From contig JBNJNM010000008.1 of the NCBI GenBank assembly GCA_052426225.1, positions 1,984,001-2,048,000 of the forward strand: a stretch of 64,000 bases of DNA. The letters run 5' to 3'. The DNA is from Zancudomyces culisetae HAW-14-8 (lineage: Eukaryota; Fungi; Kickxellomycota). The translations under genes were made by a program, and so were the position numbers. A model generated the notes under the pieces. The model was not told where the DNA came from. It searched no databases and saw nothing but the letters and a program-made list of their open reading frames with translations. Positions 23,841 to 36,826 of the stretch are shown here, in pieces. Positions within the stretch are counted from its first letter, which is position 1, and each line of letters begins with the position of its first letter.

Positions 23841-26515
23841 TTTCTTTTTTCCTTTTGCTTTAATACTCTCTTTTTTTTTTTACCTGACAGTAATTTCTCT
23901 ATCGAACTTGCTAAAACAAAAATTGATTGTTTAATGGGGCGCTCTTTTATCCTTTTAAGTTCGATTTTTTTTTTTTGATTGAAAAGATGCTATATTTGAA
24001 TCAATCACTTTATCAAAAAAAAAAAGGACTCGATCCCAATAATGGAGGGTGAGAGTAGAGTTATCAGAAAATAGTCCAAGGAAGAACAGATGGTAGAGGG
24101 CTCATGCTCCCACCTTGTTGTTACACACTGAGATTCTTTAAAATCCACTGATTGGCTGCAAACATGCGCGTTACAAAACTGAGAAAAAAAAAAGTTATTA
24201 GAACAAGTGTTTAGTCCTCAATGGCATGACAAAGGTTTATTATGGTAGCTCTGATTCTGGTTTATCTATTTTTGTGAGTATGCTATTACATAAGCAGTCA
24301 TTGGTATTTTGTCATAAAGCTTTGTCTAGATTTTTGCTATTGATGAAAGAGAGTGAAGTGTTTCATATTATTGGAAAACCCGATATTTAATGTGCCATAT
24401 CTCTTGATAGTAAATAACTGACCAAGTGTGAGAAACAGGGGGTGTGTGAAGATGAGCGTGTTACTTTCACACTTAGTTTCCAGGCACAACCATTGCTGCC
24501 AATCAATTATAATGCACTTAAATGTGAAAATATAGGGATTGTGGAACGCCGAAAATACGGTTTATTCACTTTTTGGAAATTGAATAGATTTAAAATGGTG
24601 GGAACATCTACTTTTGCTAACAACTACCTTTGTAAGTTAGGTTCTGTGGAGAAAAAAACGGTAAACATGGTTTTGCTGTGACTTGGGTTTGATAAACTCT
24701 TGTTTCCAATTTTCCATATCGCGGTCTCAGCATCAGGAAGTGCTGGAAGTGCGTCATGTTTTAAAGAGGAATTAAAAGTTACAATCTGCACGCTGAAGCA
24801 GCCTGAAACACCTTGTAATGTTTATAGGTTGCTGAGGTAGTGGACAAAAATAAAAATACGTTGATATATATCTACACTTCCTCCGTGGACGTCTCTTAAA
24901 AAATACTTTTGTTGATTGTATAAGATTGCCCTTTGTGTGTTTTTGTGATATTTATTGTTCTAACTTGTATTCCCTTTTTGGAGCTTATAAGTGAATCTAA
25001 AAAAAAATTATGTGCTTATATTTTTTTAGCTACCAAAGAGAAAAAATCTTTTAAAATGCCCGAATCCTACACGCTGAGCTTCCACACCACTAAGCTATGG
25101 TTCCAGGAGATGGAAACAACAGATAAATTTTACCGCTCATAAAATCCCCTTATTCGACTCGCAAAAAGTAAAAAACGACTGATCACGTCACTGGTGTTGT
25201 GAACAAAACAAAATGTATTGGTCGGAAAAACAACGTTGTGGTACATTGAAAAAGCCAATACGTGTAAAGTAGCCTTTCCCAAACATTAATTGCTATGTAG
25301 AGTAGTTGTATGAAAACCATTACATAACCGCGCCTGAACCATCCATCCACCCACTCACAATATCTCACTTTTCTGATCCAGCATTCAACATTGATGCATA
25401 CTCTCTTCAAAATCTGATACTAACACTTCTTCCTTTGATGTATTATCACGATTGAAGAAAAAGCTGTGAAAGAGAACCTCCATCCATCATTTTGGTATCA
25501 TGAGGATAGTGATAGGGAGAGATTAGCCTTCTTTCTTGTGATAGAAAGATATAGGATAATTCTCTAGCCTACAACGAAAAAGAGACACGCCCATAGTTCA
25601 AAGTATCAAAAGCCTTCAGGATATAGAAAAGATCGAAGAACCATCAATGGCTAAACTATGATTGAATGAGTTTTACACTAATCCAAATTTATTATTATTC
25701 AGTACAAGCATACTGGAGGCAGAATTATAAAGTATATGAATATATGCGTGGAATCAAGTAAAAGTGCTTTTATCAAAAGTCAACCAATTCCACCGTTTCT
25801 CCATTCAAATAAAGTTTGATCCAGACACACAATAGAGCCTTCCTATTATTTATTTTTCCAGTAAGATTCGTTGGTTGGAAGACTTTGGTGAATGTGATAA
25901 CATTCAACTATTTTTTAAGGAAAAGTACTTGAAATTGAATACATATTGTGAATCTTTTAATTGTGGTTTATATTAATAGTGCACAAAACGGAGAGGTGTT
26001 TATCATACACATTTTCGACTAATACCGATTCACGATTGTTATTAAGAGTCGATGAATACCCTATTTTTGGATGGGAATCAGCAGAATAAAGCAAAATAAA
26101 CAAATAATTACTCAAAACATGCAGAGTTAAGTTGATTTTTAAAATGACAGGTAAATCAGTACAGAAAAAAACATGTCATTCACTTTATAAGCAGTGTAAA
26201 CCGGGCTGATCTATGGTATTATAATAATTGGTGGCATTTAGCAAAAAGGTGGTTAAGCATACACCCAGCTATCAACTATACATCAAATAAATAATAGATA
26301 ATAAAATCGAATAAAGAGAGCAGGATTTATGTCATCTTTACATTTAAATTAACAGAATATGTGGGAAGAGATAGTGTGTATATATAATATAAATATGTTA
26401 GCGTTTGCCAAGGCTGGGCTATTTGTTTTTTAACATTACATTTATTTTATTCAATTTTTATTTTGGCTTGAGTGTTGGCATTTTTTGTTAATCAAAAAAC
26501 CAGAATAGTCCATCA

Positions 26516-29500
26516 ATGAACTACTTTACAAATATTACAGCAAGTGCCAGCATAGAAAGCAGCGTTAAGGCGGGAAATGATCTAACACTGCTTACACAAT
26601 TGTCTTCACCTTATTTCAGCTCTTTAAGTAGTCCTGAAAACACTATACCCCTGTTAATTGAAAAAGATGAACGGATGAAGCAAGAAAAAGGTGGTGGCAG
26701 GACAAAACCAAATCCCTATTACAGTTTTATGAAAAGTGAAGAACAGGAGCATCGTTCGGACAAGGAAAAAAGAAAGGGTATAAAAGGAACATTTAAGGTT
26801 GAAAATGATAGTAGCAACATCAATAGGGTACAAGGGTATAATGGCGAAGTATTGCAAAAGGAAAAATCTTTTGCGACGTTCAAAAGCATAGCTCGGATGA
26901 ATAATCCATATTTTTCCTCTCCTTCTCATCTCACAGGTAAATCAGAACATAAAAATACCGCTTTTCAGAAAAAGAGCGCTATAGTTAATTGTAAAGAAGC
27001 AAATACGTATAATGAGAGCGAGAGAAAGGAACTGCGTACCAAAAAGGTGCAGTTTGAAGATAATACTGTTCATAATTTCAGCATTACTGCTACTGAGAAT
27101 GAGACAGTTGCTACAGAAAAAGATGTTTTTCCAACTAAAAACGAGGTCATATTTTTCCCGCCAGAAAAAAAAAAGAAGCAAAAACAGGTAGACGGTTGCT
27201 CGGTGAATAAACCACAAAGTGGCGAGGAGTGTTTTGAGATAAATGAAAACGTTAACAATCTCAGTCCAATGCATAATGCGACCAATTTAAAGAAACAGAA
27301 AAATGATAAATTCAAGAATAAAGGTATTTGTGAGAAGAGAGATTCAAGTTCGCTTATCTCAGTAAGGGATGGTAGTCAGGATATAGGTTGGAAACAGTTA
27401 CAACAGGAAAAGAATTTTAATCACAGGAAAAAAACGGAGCAAAAACCATGCAATGAAAAAGAGAAAAGTGGTAGTAACAGTAGCAGTAGTAGCACCAATA
27501 TTAATACAAACGATAAGTACTCGCCAAGCACGTATATTGGGTTAACTGACGACAACAATCAGGATAAAAGTTCAGAAAACCCAGAACCGATGAAAATGAT
27601 GCCTGTACCAAATAAAAAGTATAACGGTGATAAAAATACATCATATCCTCAAATGGACCAATACAACCAAGAAAACTACGCAAAAGTTGGTCAAATCGAA
27701 TGGGCGCACCAAGTGATAAAGTCAAATATATCTACCCTCAAAGCACAGATATCCCTGTTGGGAGATGATATTTTGATGCAAACACAATCCATGTTGCTTG
27801 TAGAGAGAGAAAAGGTATGGCATAATTATATTTGTCTAACTTGGTAAGAAAGTAGATTTATCGAGTATATTTTACTAATAAATGAATTTTGTTCATTTTT
27901 ATGTAGAGAAATACTATTGACCTGTTGTTGGAGCAACTAAAACATCAGAAGACTGTAATAAAAGAGATGGGGATTTCTGATAAAGAAAAGCTAGAGCAAA
28001 TAAAACAGTTGGGACTTGAGGTCAAGAGACTAGAAAGAGGGCTTGAGGATTCGTATCAACTTGTGGAGAAATTCAAAGCTGATCTTAGTGACCAAAATTC
28101 AAAACTGAAGGACAAAGAGAAGGAGATATCAGATGTACAACAGACTTTAAAGCAGAAGAATTCTGAATTAAAGGAGCTGGAAGGTTTGAAGCAAGAAATA
28201 GCCAAATTGGAGGCCGAACTTGTATCAATGAAATCCCAAGTTGAGGAGTTGCTTGGTGAATCTAGTAAAAAAAACGAGGAGATATGCGGACTATATCTGC
28301 AAATCGAGGTTTTAAAATCTGAGTGTGCAAATAAGAATGAAGCCATTAAGATATTGGAAAACAATGTGGAAAAGCTAAAGCTGGAAGAAAAGGACTCCAA
28401 TACAAAGATTGAAGAGCTGAGGGAGGAGCTGGTGAGTAAAGATAAGACTATATCCGAGCTACAGACAAAAGTTTCGGATCAAGATTTGCAACTTTGCAAC
28501 TACAAGAAAAATGTAGAGGAAAAGGGTAGCAGGATTGCAGGTTTTGAGGATGAGTCATATAGCAATAAATGTATTATCTCAGAGTTGAGAATAAATATCA
28601 ACACATATCAAGAAAAAATCAAAGGTCTTGAGGAATCAAATACTTTTCTGGAAAAAGAAAACACAACACTAAAAAGTAAATTGAAGGAGCATCAAAGTAG
28701 TATAATCCAAATTACAAGCGCTAATAACTTAGTCGAGTCAACGTTGCATATTACACAGGATAAATGTACAGGATTAGAAAGTGAATTAGCCGAAATAAAA
28801 AGCAGGTACGAATTCCTTAAAGTTTTTCTTTATCACTACTAGTTTCAGAAATACACAAATCTAGCATTATTGAGACTGCATTGTTCAAATCAATGTATCC
28901 AAACCAGAATATTAGAGTGTCAGAACGAAAACACCGAATTGAATGAAAAAATAAAAGAGCTGGAAGGCCAGGGGTCTAGTGTAAAAGATGGTATAGATAA
29001 AACTATAACAGAGTAAGCAAGATTACTTTTTCTTGAAATATTAGATAATTAGGTTAACATTCCTAGTAGGTGTGCGTGCATTTAATCATTTGATACCTAA
29101 ACTTATGCAGATTACAAAGTAAAGTCGAACACTCCAAACTGAAATACACACAAAAATCGAGAGATTTTGAGGATATGGAAAAAAGGAAGGACGAGTTGGA
29201 GGAGCAGCTTATCAAAGTTAATATCAGTTGTAATGTGCTCAAGGACAGGTTAGACAAAGCTGAATCTGGTTTGATTACAATAAAAAGGTAATTCATTCTT
29301 TCAGTAAACCCAACTCTTATTTCTAAAATCGTTAGCTTAATCGCAAAATCACCCCCCTTGTAGTGTGGACGACACAAAGTTGACCAATCTTTCATATAAA
29401 GACAAGGCTCTTGTCACGGAAAATACGAGGTACGAATCATTCTCGATAGATTTTATGTGCTTATTTTTTTTTGGGTTGGTAAGATCAGATCAAATCGGAT

Positions 29501-30709
29501 CAAATCGGACCAGAATATTTCGACTGTAGAAATATTGTTAATACTGGTAGAGAAAATATAAAAACACCCACAAAAGAGTTTGATAGACTGAGTACAGCAT
29601 CATTTGCACTAGCTGCATCTAACGATTATGAAGATCCAGTAGCAAAAAGGCAAGTATTGGTTTACTTTATTGTCTTTTTTACAATAATAATAAGAAAAAA
29701 TGAGAAAGGAGTAAATAACCTGTTTGGTTTTGCACAAATATATATTTACATACCACCATCATGTACCAGTGACAAGGCTGTGTTGTTCAACAAAGAAAAA
29801 CTAAAAGCCTTCCAGAAAAAAATTAGCTTGAACAGATTTCTAAAGGTATTCCAACTAAAATTACAACCAAGCGCTATCATAAACGTTTTTGTTATTTTAC
29901 AAATTAACACATTGCTGCTTTATAATCTTAACATAAAAGAAGGATTCACAAGATACTCTAAACCTCCCACCCTTGAAAATTAAGAAGAAAAAGCCCATCT
30001 TAATGACAGATATATCGAAAAAACCCACTACAGTTCAATCCGAGAATAATAGCAGAAAGCTCAATGACTCAACAAATTCAAACCCAAAAGCCAACATAAA
30101 GAACAAAGACTCGCAAGATTCTCAAGTTTCTCTTTTTTTCACCAAACCCGAAGAGGAGCCTTTGCTAAACAATATTGACGGAGAAATGAAAGTTTGGATA
30201 GACGATCTTATGGATTTGTACAATTCCAGCCACTTGGATCCTACTGAAAGTACTTTTTCGCAAAAAACATCAACACCAGTCACTTTGGAACAAGAACAAC
30301 CTACATCTCACTCTAACACACCCAACACCTACTCAAAGGTAATTAATTCTATCAACTTCATCAACTTGTCCTCATTTTGTGACCATCCTTATATTAATCT
30401 CTATTCGTATTACCATAGAGAACACCTAGACCTACCAAAAATCAAGACAAACCCAGCTGCTATGAAATCACGTCCTCGGCTTCCCCAGACACCACACAAA
30501 GTTTGCTTGGAAAATGCAAAACCACAATTTCTGCTCAAAAAGATCCAAACTTGACTACTACAAGAGCTCGAAGGCAAGATATTACAATTGATAACAGTGC
30601 AATCGAAACTACAGATCTGACAGATGTAGTTACCACTAGATCAGGAAAAAGATCAATTTCTAAGCGTAGTACACCTAAAAAAAGCAACAAAAAACCCAAA
30701 AAAAACTGA
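26516..30709 (+). CDS. Multi-exon long coiled-coil protein of unknown function (exon limits approximate)
   Basis: Successive + strand ORFs separated by GT..AG segments. Disordered N-terminus, E/K/L heptads at 27925-29290, basic C-terminal tail. Confidence 0.65.
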
Positions 30710-31036
30710 GTCAGTTACACAGAAAGACAAGAAGGAAAAGTAAGAGAGAAATGTTTAATTTTTTCAATTTAGGTTCCAGAGATCCTGTTTCACACGATCG
30801 ATTGAACTACTACCAACAATCTAGAAGGCTTCCATCATAGTAAATGCTCAAGAGCATTATTGTAGTAAATCTTGACATAGTTTATATAAAACACCTCAAT
30901 ATTTACCCCATGTACAATTTTAACCTTCTTATTTTTTGATAATAAAACAGAGAATTCTAGCAATATCCAATACCTAACACAGGTAATTGAGTATAGATTG
31001 TGTTATCAACTAATCAAGCAAAGGACAAACAAATGA

Positions 31037-32515
31037 TCATCTATCGTTTTCAATATTGACCAATAAGCCATCATATGCAGGCTCAATATCTATGTTCAGC
31101 TCGTTTTTTCTAGCTTTCAAATCCTCTTCCATGTCAAAATGGTCGATTCGGTGACAAAAATCAGTCAAGTATGCCTTTTTGGGTGTGTAGAGTTTAATCG
31201 CCTCCAGAGCATCATAATAGCCAAAATGCGAGAGATGTGGGGTCCCTAATTTTGTACAAACACACAAAAAAATACTCAGTTAGTATCGCAGATAACTCAT
31301 AAAAGAGCTGTGCATGTAGAGATAAATAGATATGTAAATAAATAAATATAATAGTGAGTGTTACATCGAAGTGCATCAATAACCAAGATTTTGCTATCTT
31401 TTATCAATGCGCCCGTAGACTCTGGAATTTTGCTGCAGTCTGATATGTACGAAATGTTGTCGAACTTGAATCCATTAAACCAGTATGGCTCTCCACTCGA
31501 TAATACACCGTGTTCGACTATTATTTTTTACAATGATAAATAGTTTAACCAGGAAAAGATAAAACGCGACAAATGATCATTTGTAACACATATAAAACCA
31601 CAAAAGTGACGCATTGATGAATCGACACAGCAGAATAGTACCAGAATAGTAGATTTTTTAGTGTACACAAAGATTATTTTGATCTGTACCTACCTTTTAA
31701 TGGTTCAAACACAACTCCAAAGATATCCATTTTTTGGTTTTCTTCAAATACTATAAAGTTTAGATTAGGAACCTCTCCTCCGCCTAAGTAAAGAATCAGT
31801 TATCGATTGTTATTGATTGAATAATGATGAGATAAGTTTCAAGTACTTGAAGATAGATACTGATTATCAGAAAGTGGTGCTTGATGAAATAAAAATAGTT
31901 TGAATGAGTAAAAGTATTAAAAAATACACATACCCGTAGCTTTACTTCTGTCCACAAGATAAGGAAACGTCGTAGATACCACGTCCATAGTTTGCTGATC
32001 CAAATACACATTTATACCTTGTCTGTTGTACATTGTCCATTGTCTTAAATCGTCCATCCCGAGAATCGAGTCAGCATGACCGTGTGTTAAAAACACTGCG
32101 TCTACTGTTCCCACATCGTACTTTGGAAACCATTCAACTGCGGATTCTATTGTTTGTGTTTGTGTTTTTTTTTTAAAAAAAATAAAAGAATGGAATACCG
32201 ACGCTAACGCTGCTTACAATAAATTATTGTAGGTATACACCACAATTTATAGATAAGAAGAAAGGACATAAAGAACGATGGCTAACCATAATAAGTTTTC
32301 CCACAGTCAATCAGAATATTTCGCATGACACCATTCTGCAAAATTCGTACTAATAATGAGGTGTTCCTCCGTCTGTTTTTTCTTCCCTCTGGAGTAACTG
32401 AAGACAAGCAGACCTTGCAGGAATGCGACTTGCTAATCAGGCATGGAACATTTGGTATGCAGCCCGAAGTCCCCGTCCCCAAAAAAATAATATCTTGGAT
32501 GTACGAGCCCACCAT
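31037..32515 (-). CDS. PhnP-like metallo-beta-lactamase hydrolase, ~5 exons
   Basis: FLGTGTSG, NRRRNTSLL, ILIDCGKT, THGHADSILGMDDLR, YISDC, HLSHFG, AYDGL. Confidence 0.9.
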
Positions 32516-33063
32516 ATGAATCTCCGATCTCGATTTGGTAGCAAAAAGAAGCGACTTTGTATATATTAAGGCAAAAATTATGATATGCGTAGAAGAGCTG
32601 GGATTTGGGAAAAAAAAAAATGGCTGAAATAAGATAATATTTAGAAAACTCTTTTTTATGGACCAAAAGAGTCACAAATTGAATCAACTATCCAATGCCT
32701 GGTATTTTATTGTTCCAGAATCTCCAACTCTGGACATTCAGTTGGTTTCTTTTTTTTTTTGGTGATTTTCTGGGAATACACAAGTTTGAAAAACAAAAAC
32801 AAAATAGTTGTTACAAGATCGAACGAGTGATTCCATCACAGTGTTATTCTCTTTGCTTAAAACCACCAAGCTCTGTTACAGACCAAAATGGTTTTAATAT
32901 ATAAATGTATCATGTCATTGCTTATTTATTTAGAGTAAGAATAAATACAAGAGTAAAAAAAATACACAACATTAAACTAGGCAGTACACCATCAAAGATG
33001 ACTTTGTCTCTCTCAAAAGTGGGAATTGTGGAAATTAAAGTCAGTAGAAGAGAGAGAAGACTA

Positions 33064-33933
33064 CTAGGAGCGTTTCTAGAAAAAGAAAAGACAGCAGAGT
33101 AGACAGTATTAGTAAGGTAAGAGTGTTTTTAATGGAAATTTCTTGAAGTAAAAGAAGGGTTGGTGTACAAGTGCAGGAAAAGTAACCATAAAAATCAGTT
33201 ATACAAAGGTGTACTAATGAGAAGCAATAGTAATAATAATAAAAGATCAGTTACCTCGGGCGCAATATTAAATGTCGTTCCAGTCAGAGCATGCTTTGCA
33301 GGAGGCAGTCGGATGCCATATTTTTCATGGACAATTGGTAGAGGTTTTTTATTACAAGCCTCGGATAGTTCGAGATAGAACTATTTTTTAATAGAAAGAT
33401 ACATACTTTAACAACATGTAAATACAGCGGGGAAAAAATAGTACAAATTTGTTTTGTTGATGCGAGAATTCAGCGCACAGTCGCAGATGTTGCATTTTGT
33501 TTGAAATCAAAACATAAAACGGGTGTAAAAAGTTACCTCTCTGTCGGGCGGGTTACTAAAAGAGTAGTTTGTTCGACCCTGAATGGCTAATCTGATATCA
33601 TCTAAGTCTACCTCCTTTTTAGAAGCATGTTCAGAGTAGACCAATGCATCTTGAAGTACATCGTGCGTGTACCCTAAAATAAAATAATAACAAAAGTGTG
33701 AAAATGATCAACTTACAAAGTCGAAAATGGAATTGCAAAGTAAATAAATGTAAGCTCCTATACAAAATATGCACATATGTCTTACGATAAGCGAATTCTA
33801 GTAGCTGATCAATCACATTCGGATCGCAATCCTCCACGCCCATGGATTTCAGAAGAATCCCCATCAACTTGACGTCGCGTGGTATGCTCAGATCCTCTGA
33901 ACCTTTGTTGCTGTCTTTTTCGTCTTGTGGCAT
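33064..33933 (-). CDS. TAF9: TFIID/SAGA subunit TAF9; exons 33933-33786, 33673-33537, 33380-33255, probably 33075-33064
   Basis: [58 protein letters not shown]. The last exon is inferred from branch point TACTAAT plus pyrimidine tract plus AG. Confidence 0.92.
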
Positions 33934-33974
33934 TTTGCAAATTTACTTTATTTTATTTTATTTTATTTTATTGC

Positions 33975-35490
33975 AAGATGAATTTATTTTTTTTTTTTTT
34001 TTTTTTTTTTCGGTAGAAAAAAAAATTTATTTAGAAAATAAACAGTTCCTATAAACAATTAAAAACAATCTATAATCTAAACTCATCCTATCCCCCTTCG
34101 ACTCTCTAGAGTCTCCGTACCCGATGGGCATTGGTTCAAGGGGAGTGGGACTACACTAATGTCTTTCAACACTAGGTAGCGAGGTAAAAAGGTCTCGTTA
34201 AGAAACCGGGCTGTGGAAACCACTGCTCTAACGCAAGTGGCGTTTGGATCCCGAAGAATCCCAGGTAGTTTGAGCTTTAACTCCTCCCCCAGGAGTTTAC
34301 CCACGATTTTCCTGCGAAGCTCAACACACTCGGAAATCGTGCTAGATAAAAAAGAACTATAAAAATCTATAAATTCGGTAAGTAAATCATTCCTAATTTC
34401 GTCCCATCTGCTGCAATCTAATAGGTAATGTTCAACTGTTTCTTTTTCTTCTTTCTTACAGAACGGACATTTGGCTTTGTAATCTGGATCTATAAAACCC
34501 GAATTTGCTAATCTCGTGGCGGTCCAAAATTGGCCTATTCGAATTCGACCTACGAAAAGAATGTGTTTCATGTACTGTGGAAAGGCCGCTTGTAAGTCGA
34601 CCCAGTTCCTTTGTCGGCCTGCTCCAACTTCCTTTATCCACTTTGTAATATTCGACTTGTCTTTCAGTCTGTTGTTTATCTCGAGTGTCTCTTTGGTTTT
34701 TCTTATCTCTCCGGTTGGTACATTATCAATCTTGATCCTGTTGAATCTGTTAGACCACCTTGTGTACCCTGTGACCCAAGTGTCCTTCGAGTGTTTGAAG
34801 GGGTTCTGTATTAAATCTGCTATCCATGTTTTCATGCCACTCCATTTGTGGAATGCTCTGTCTCTAGCTCTGGTCGTTCTACTGTAAATATCTGTTATAT
34901 TTAATTCTTCTCGCAATCTCCTCATACATGTCGATCTGCCCACTCCCATGGCTATTCTTATCGCGTTGTCCACGGCTTGCTGTATCGGTTTTACCCTTGC
35001 TTCAGACATGCCGAACATTTCACCTCCATACCCAGCGACCGCAATGACTATCGACCTAATTACCATCTTTTTCATCAACAGCGGTGTATTTCTGTCTTTG
35101 AGTAGATAGTAGTTGCTCATGGTTGCTCTTTGTACTTTTTCTTTCCTCTCCTGTATGTGTAGCTTGTTATTCCAATATTTATTGAATATAACACCCAAGT
35201 ATTTATATTCATCTACTTCTGGTACTTTTGCACTTCCCAAAAAGTATTCTGGAATCGTAATTTCAATATTATTGTTATTTTCGTCGCTTGTTCTATTCAC
35301 TGCTTCAACTGTCATAATCGCACTCTTGCTAGCATTCACCTTCATGTCCCACTTCTGACACCATTGCTGCATCATGTTAAGAGCTTCTTGCATCTGTTCT
35401 GGGGTGTCTGACAATAAAACTGTATCGTCTGCAAATAGTAGTCCCGGAATTTTTTCTTGAATTCCTGGTACTTAAGATGAATTTATTTTT
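33975..35490 (-). mobile_element. 5'-truncated LINE with poly(A) tail and ~17 bp TSD
   Basis: TSD AAGATGAATTTATTTTT at 33975-33991 and 35474-35490; T24 at 33987-34010; ORF2 remnant in between. Confidence 0.95.
34083..35472 (-). pseudogene. LINE ORF2 C-terminal part (RT tail and CCHC finger), 5'-truncated
   Basis: PGLLFADDTVLL, KVNASKS, YKYLGV, CPFC...ETVEHYLLDC. Frame uninterrupted to the stop. Confidence 0.92.
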
Positions 35491-35519
35491 AATATTCTCT
35501 TTGGGTGGAATAAAAATTT

Positions 35520-35730
35520 ATAAAGGTAATACAAAAAAATCTCAAATAAAAACAATGTACTAAAAGAAACTCAGTATACTCTCGCTTCAACTCACTAGAG
35601 CCTGTGTATCTGTTAGACAGTAGTTCAAGGGGAGTGGGACTACGCTTGATGCTTTTAGATTCTAAACAACAAAGCGTAAGGGTTTCTCGTTAAAAAGACT
35701 GGATAGGAATGGGATAGTTGGACGCAAATG
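35520..35730 (-). mobile_element. Older, degenerate 3' end of a related LINE
   Basis: Colinear similarity to ~34030-34240, including the identical 21-mer GTTCAAGGGGAGTGGGACTAC (35623-35643 = 34134-34154) and TCTCGTTAA. Confidence 0.8.
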
Positions 35731-35834
35731 TTATTAAAATAACACGATTAGCATTTATTTATAATGTATAAAAAAAACATATACATGTTGAAAAAAAGTG
35801 TAAAAACGGAATAATCAAACAACTTGGGACTAGT

Positions 35835-36826
35835 TTATAGACGACGACCACGGCGACCACCCTTCTTGCGGGTAGAGTCAGTTGGGATTGGAGTAACATC
35901 TTCAATGCGACCAATTCTCATTCCAGCACGAGCCAAGGCACGGAGAGCAGATTGCCCACCTGGTCCTGGAGACTTGGTGCGTGTACCACCAGTAGCTCTG
36001 ATCTTTACGTGCAAAGCTGTGATTCCAAGTTCCTTGCAGCGGACGGCAACATCTTGAGCTGCCAACATAGCGGCGTATGGTGATGATTCATCACGATCAG
36101 CCTTGACCTTCATACCACCTGTGAAACAGTAAAAAGTACATAGCTGTTAGCCATATCAAATATAAAGAGATTTATGCGTGTATCACCACTAGTCCCTCAT
36201 TTTTTCTAATGCTTGATCAGGCTAAGTTGCGTATGTTTTCTAAACAGAAAAACTCGCCTTTTCTTTTTCCTGTTTAACAAGAAAAGAGAAAGATTTTAAG
36301 AACTAAGTTCTATTGTTTTGCGATTACCGTAAAAAAGAGAATTATCGTTCTTCCTTTTTCTCGCATTTCTCTTAAACCCTGACTACAAAGCATTAACAAA
36401 AAACCCTGAAGAACCTGCGGTGACACCTGTTAAACCACAAACAAAGTCTTACCAGTAACCTTGACCATGGTTTCACGACCAGTCAAATCAGTAACGTGTA
36501 CAAAGGTATCGTTGAATGAAGCAAGGATGTGAGCGACACCGAATACCAACTCTCCCTCCTTTATGGTTGGTCCAAGTGAGATGACCTGTTCAACTTGTGT
36601 TTTCTTTCCTCCTTTTTTCGACTATTTATCGTAGAATGGCTTTAATTTTAATTCTGGATTCAATTTCAAAGTACTTTAATCCGCTATTTACACACTCCCC
36701 ATAAAGAGGGAGTGAATTTTTCGAATCCAAAATTCAATGTGATTACAAACACTCAATCTCGCAATGTTGTAGCGCATAATCGTGTGTCTGTACGTATATA
36801 ATACAGATGCAAAGTGTACTTACCAT
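35835..36826 (-). CDS. RPS14: 40S ribosomal protein S14 (uS11); coding exons 36826-36824 (ATG), 36621-36453, 36118-35835
   Basis: [57 protein letters not shown]. Canonical GTAAG...AG introns in frame. Confidence 0.97.
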
